Below, piece after piece: positions 62,346-64,000 of a stretch of DNA of 64,000 bases. Both the position numbers and the translations under genes were made by a program. The DNA lies in the NCBI RefSeq assembly GCF_030548295.1, contig NZ_JAUOSB010000002.1:1-64000 (forward strand), given 5' to 3'. The notes under the pieces were generated by a model, which saw nothing but the letters and a program-made list of their open reading frames with translations, made no database searches and was not told the DNA's origin. The number at the start of each line of letters is the position of its first letter. The stretch's first letter is position 1. Origin of the DNA: Wenyingzhuangia sp. 2_MG-2023 (GTDB taxonomy: Bacteria; Bacteroidota; Bacteroidia; Flavobacteriales; Flavobacteriaceae).

Positions 62346-63191
62346 ATGACTTTACTCTCATTTAAACAACATCTTTATGTTACTTTGAAAGATCACTATC
62401 CCACTACTGAGCTTGACTCTTTCTTTAGAATTTTACTTGAGGATGTACTCAAATTGTCCAAAATTGATGTTGCATTAAATCCGCAGCAAGAAATTTCTAA
62501 AATAGAGCAATTGCAACTTCAAAATATTATTGATGGATTGATGACACAACAACCAATACAGCATTTGATTGGTTTTACAGAATTTATGGATTTGAAATTC
62601 ATTGTAAATCCAAACGTATTGATTCCCAGACCTGAAACCGAAGAATTGATTCGATGGATTGTTGCCGATTCTTTTTCTAAAAACAACATCGATATTTTGG
62701 ATATAGGAACAGGAACAGGATGCATTCCCATTCTATTAAAACATCAATTAAAACAAGCAACGGTACAAACAATAGATGTTTCTAAAAAAGCTATTGAGAC
62801 TGCTAAAGAAAATGCAAACATCAATAAAGTAGCTATTGAGTTTATACATCAAGACATTTTAAAAACAGAAAAAATCTCCAAATCTTACGATGTCATTGTT
62901 AGCAATCCGCCTTATGTAAGAAATTTAGAAAAAAAAGAAATGCAACAAAATGTTTTAGCACACGAGCCTCATTTGGCTTTGTTTGTTGCAGATGAAGATC
63001 CTTTAATTTTTTACAGAAAAATAGCACAACTTGCCAAACAAGCTTTAAAACCAAATGGAGCATTGTACTACGAAATCAATCAGTATTTAGGAAAAGAAAC
63101 TGTTGATTTGTTAAAAGACATCGGTTTTAAACATGTAACACTCCAAAAAGATATTTTTGGAAATGATAGAATGATCAAAGCTTCTTTTTAG
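62346..63191 (+). CDS. prmC: Release factor glutamine N5-methyltransferase PrmC (HemK)
   Basis: NPPY motif (VSNPPYV) and a SAM-binding motif (LDIGTGTG). Confidence 0.85.
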   Translation: MTLLSFKQHLYVTLKDHYPTTELDSFFRILLEDVLKLSKIDVALNPQQEISKIEQLQLQNIIDGLMTQQPIQHLIGFTEFMDLKFIVNPNVLIPRPETEELIRWIVADSFSKNNIDILDIGTGTGCIPILLKHQLKQATVQTIDVSKKAIETAKENANINKVAIEFIHQDILKTEKISKSYDVIVSNPPYVRNLEKKEMQQNVLAHEPHLALFVADEDPLIFYRKIAQLAKQALKPNGALYYEINQYLGKETVDLLKDIGFKHVTLQKDIFGNDRMIKASF

Positions 63192-63238
63192 TACACAGTG
63201 CTAACTACTAAATAACTACTTTTGCAAAAAAAATTACC

Positions 63239-63916
63239 ATGCGTATAGATATCATTACCGTTTCTCCAGAATTGATACAAAGTCCATTTGAATACTCTAT
63301 TATGAAAAGAGCACAAGAGAAAGGATTGGTAGAAGTTCATTTTCACAACTTAAGAGATTTTGCTGTTAACGATTACGGTAAAATTGACGACATGCAGTTT
63401 GGTGGTGGTGCAGGTATGGTGCTAATGATAGAACCTATTGATGCTTGCATTAGCAAACTAAAAGCCGAAAGAGATTATGATGAAATTATATACATGACTC
63501 CAGATGCTCCAACACTAAACCAACGCACTGCAAATACACTTTCTATGAAAGAAAACATGATTATTTTGTGTGGACATTACAAAGGAGTTGATCAGCGTGT
63601 GAGAGACATGTTCATCACCAAAGAAATTTCTATAGGAGATTATGTTTTGAGTGGTGGTGAATTGGGTGCAGCCGTATTGTGTGATACTATTTTAAGGTTG
63701 ATTCCAGGAGTTTTAGGAGATGAAACATCCGCATTGACAGATTCATTTCAAGACGATTTATTATCACCACCTGTATACACAAGACCTGCAGATTACAAGG
63801 GACACAAAGTACCAGAAGTATTGACTAGTGGAAACTTTCCGAAAATAGAAGAATGGAGAACCGATAAAGCATTGGAAATCACTGAGAGAGTAAGACCAGA
63901 TTTACTAGAAGATTAA
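63239..63916 (+). CDS. trmD: tRNA (guanine37-N1)-methyltransferase
   Basis: [13 protein letters not shown] start and SPOUT-knot motifs ([21 protein letters not shown]). Confidence 0.9.
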   Translation: MRIDIITVSPELIQSPFEYSIMKRAQEKGLVEVHFHNLRDFAVNDYGKIDDMQFGGGAGMVLMIEPIDACISKLKAERDYDEIIYMTPDAPTLNQRTANTLSMKENMIILCGHYKGVDQRVRDMFITKEISIGDYVLSGGELGAAVLCDTILRLIPGVLGDETSALTDSFQDDLLSPPVYTRPADYKGHKVPEVLTSGNFPKIEEWRTDKALEITERVRPDLLED

Positions 63917-64000
63917 TTATATTTTCTTTAACAAAACTTATGGTTATCTAATATTTTGTTCTTATTTTTGCAAATCTAAAATAACCTCTGACGAGGTCCG

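Overview
This is an AT-rich (roughly 33% GC) chromosomal segment that looks like a Flavobacteriia (Bacteroidota) genome. The evidence is signal peptides of the ...FAQ/AQ type, a Bacteroidetes-style rpoZ, bamD, three glnK copies with two amt, and dnaA with no dnaN next to it. Most of the window is housekeeping genes. On the left are ligA, prfC, a PPIase, the pyruvate/2-oxoacid dehydrogenase E2 subunit, and the glnK/amt genes. Around the dnaA locus are lysC, fabI, recN, coaBC, rpoZ, bamD, dapA, htrA, dapF, mltG, rsmI, ribD, prmC and trmD. The part I would look at first is an accessory-looking block at about 7.2-24 kb. It contains a YbjN/CesT-like protein, PspA, an NfeD/YqiJ-like protein, a flotillin, an inserted REP-associated tyrosine transposase (RAYT) with flanking REP palindromes, and a 1605-aa cytoplasmic protein with a C-terminal MoxR/AAA_5-type ATPase domain and no recognisable N-terminal domains. 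The giant gene is tightly co-operonic with a DUF4178-like protein, a lipoprotein with a Y/N/S-rich tail, and a tandem-DUF350 membrane protein. Further downstream are a membrane-fused spermidine-synthase-like gene and an speH (AdoMetDC) gene whose 5' end is tandemly duplicated as stop-truncated 12-codon mini-ORFs. speH is translationally coupled to a 6TM Kv-type K+ channel, which is followed by a rhomboid and a beta-helix-like repeat protein with a membrane anchor. Other observations: 142-bp tandem repeats downstream of ligA share a core 15-mer with the speH-leader repeats. An OMP-barrel/cyclophilin/FKBP ORF is fused in-frame at a homopolymer run. TACGTA palindromes sit upstream of the porin-glnK-amt units. 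No rRNA, tRNA or CRISPR arrays were seen.
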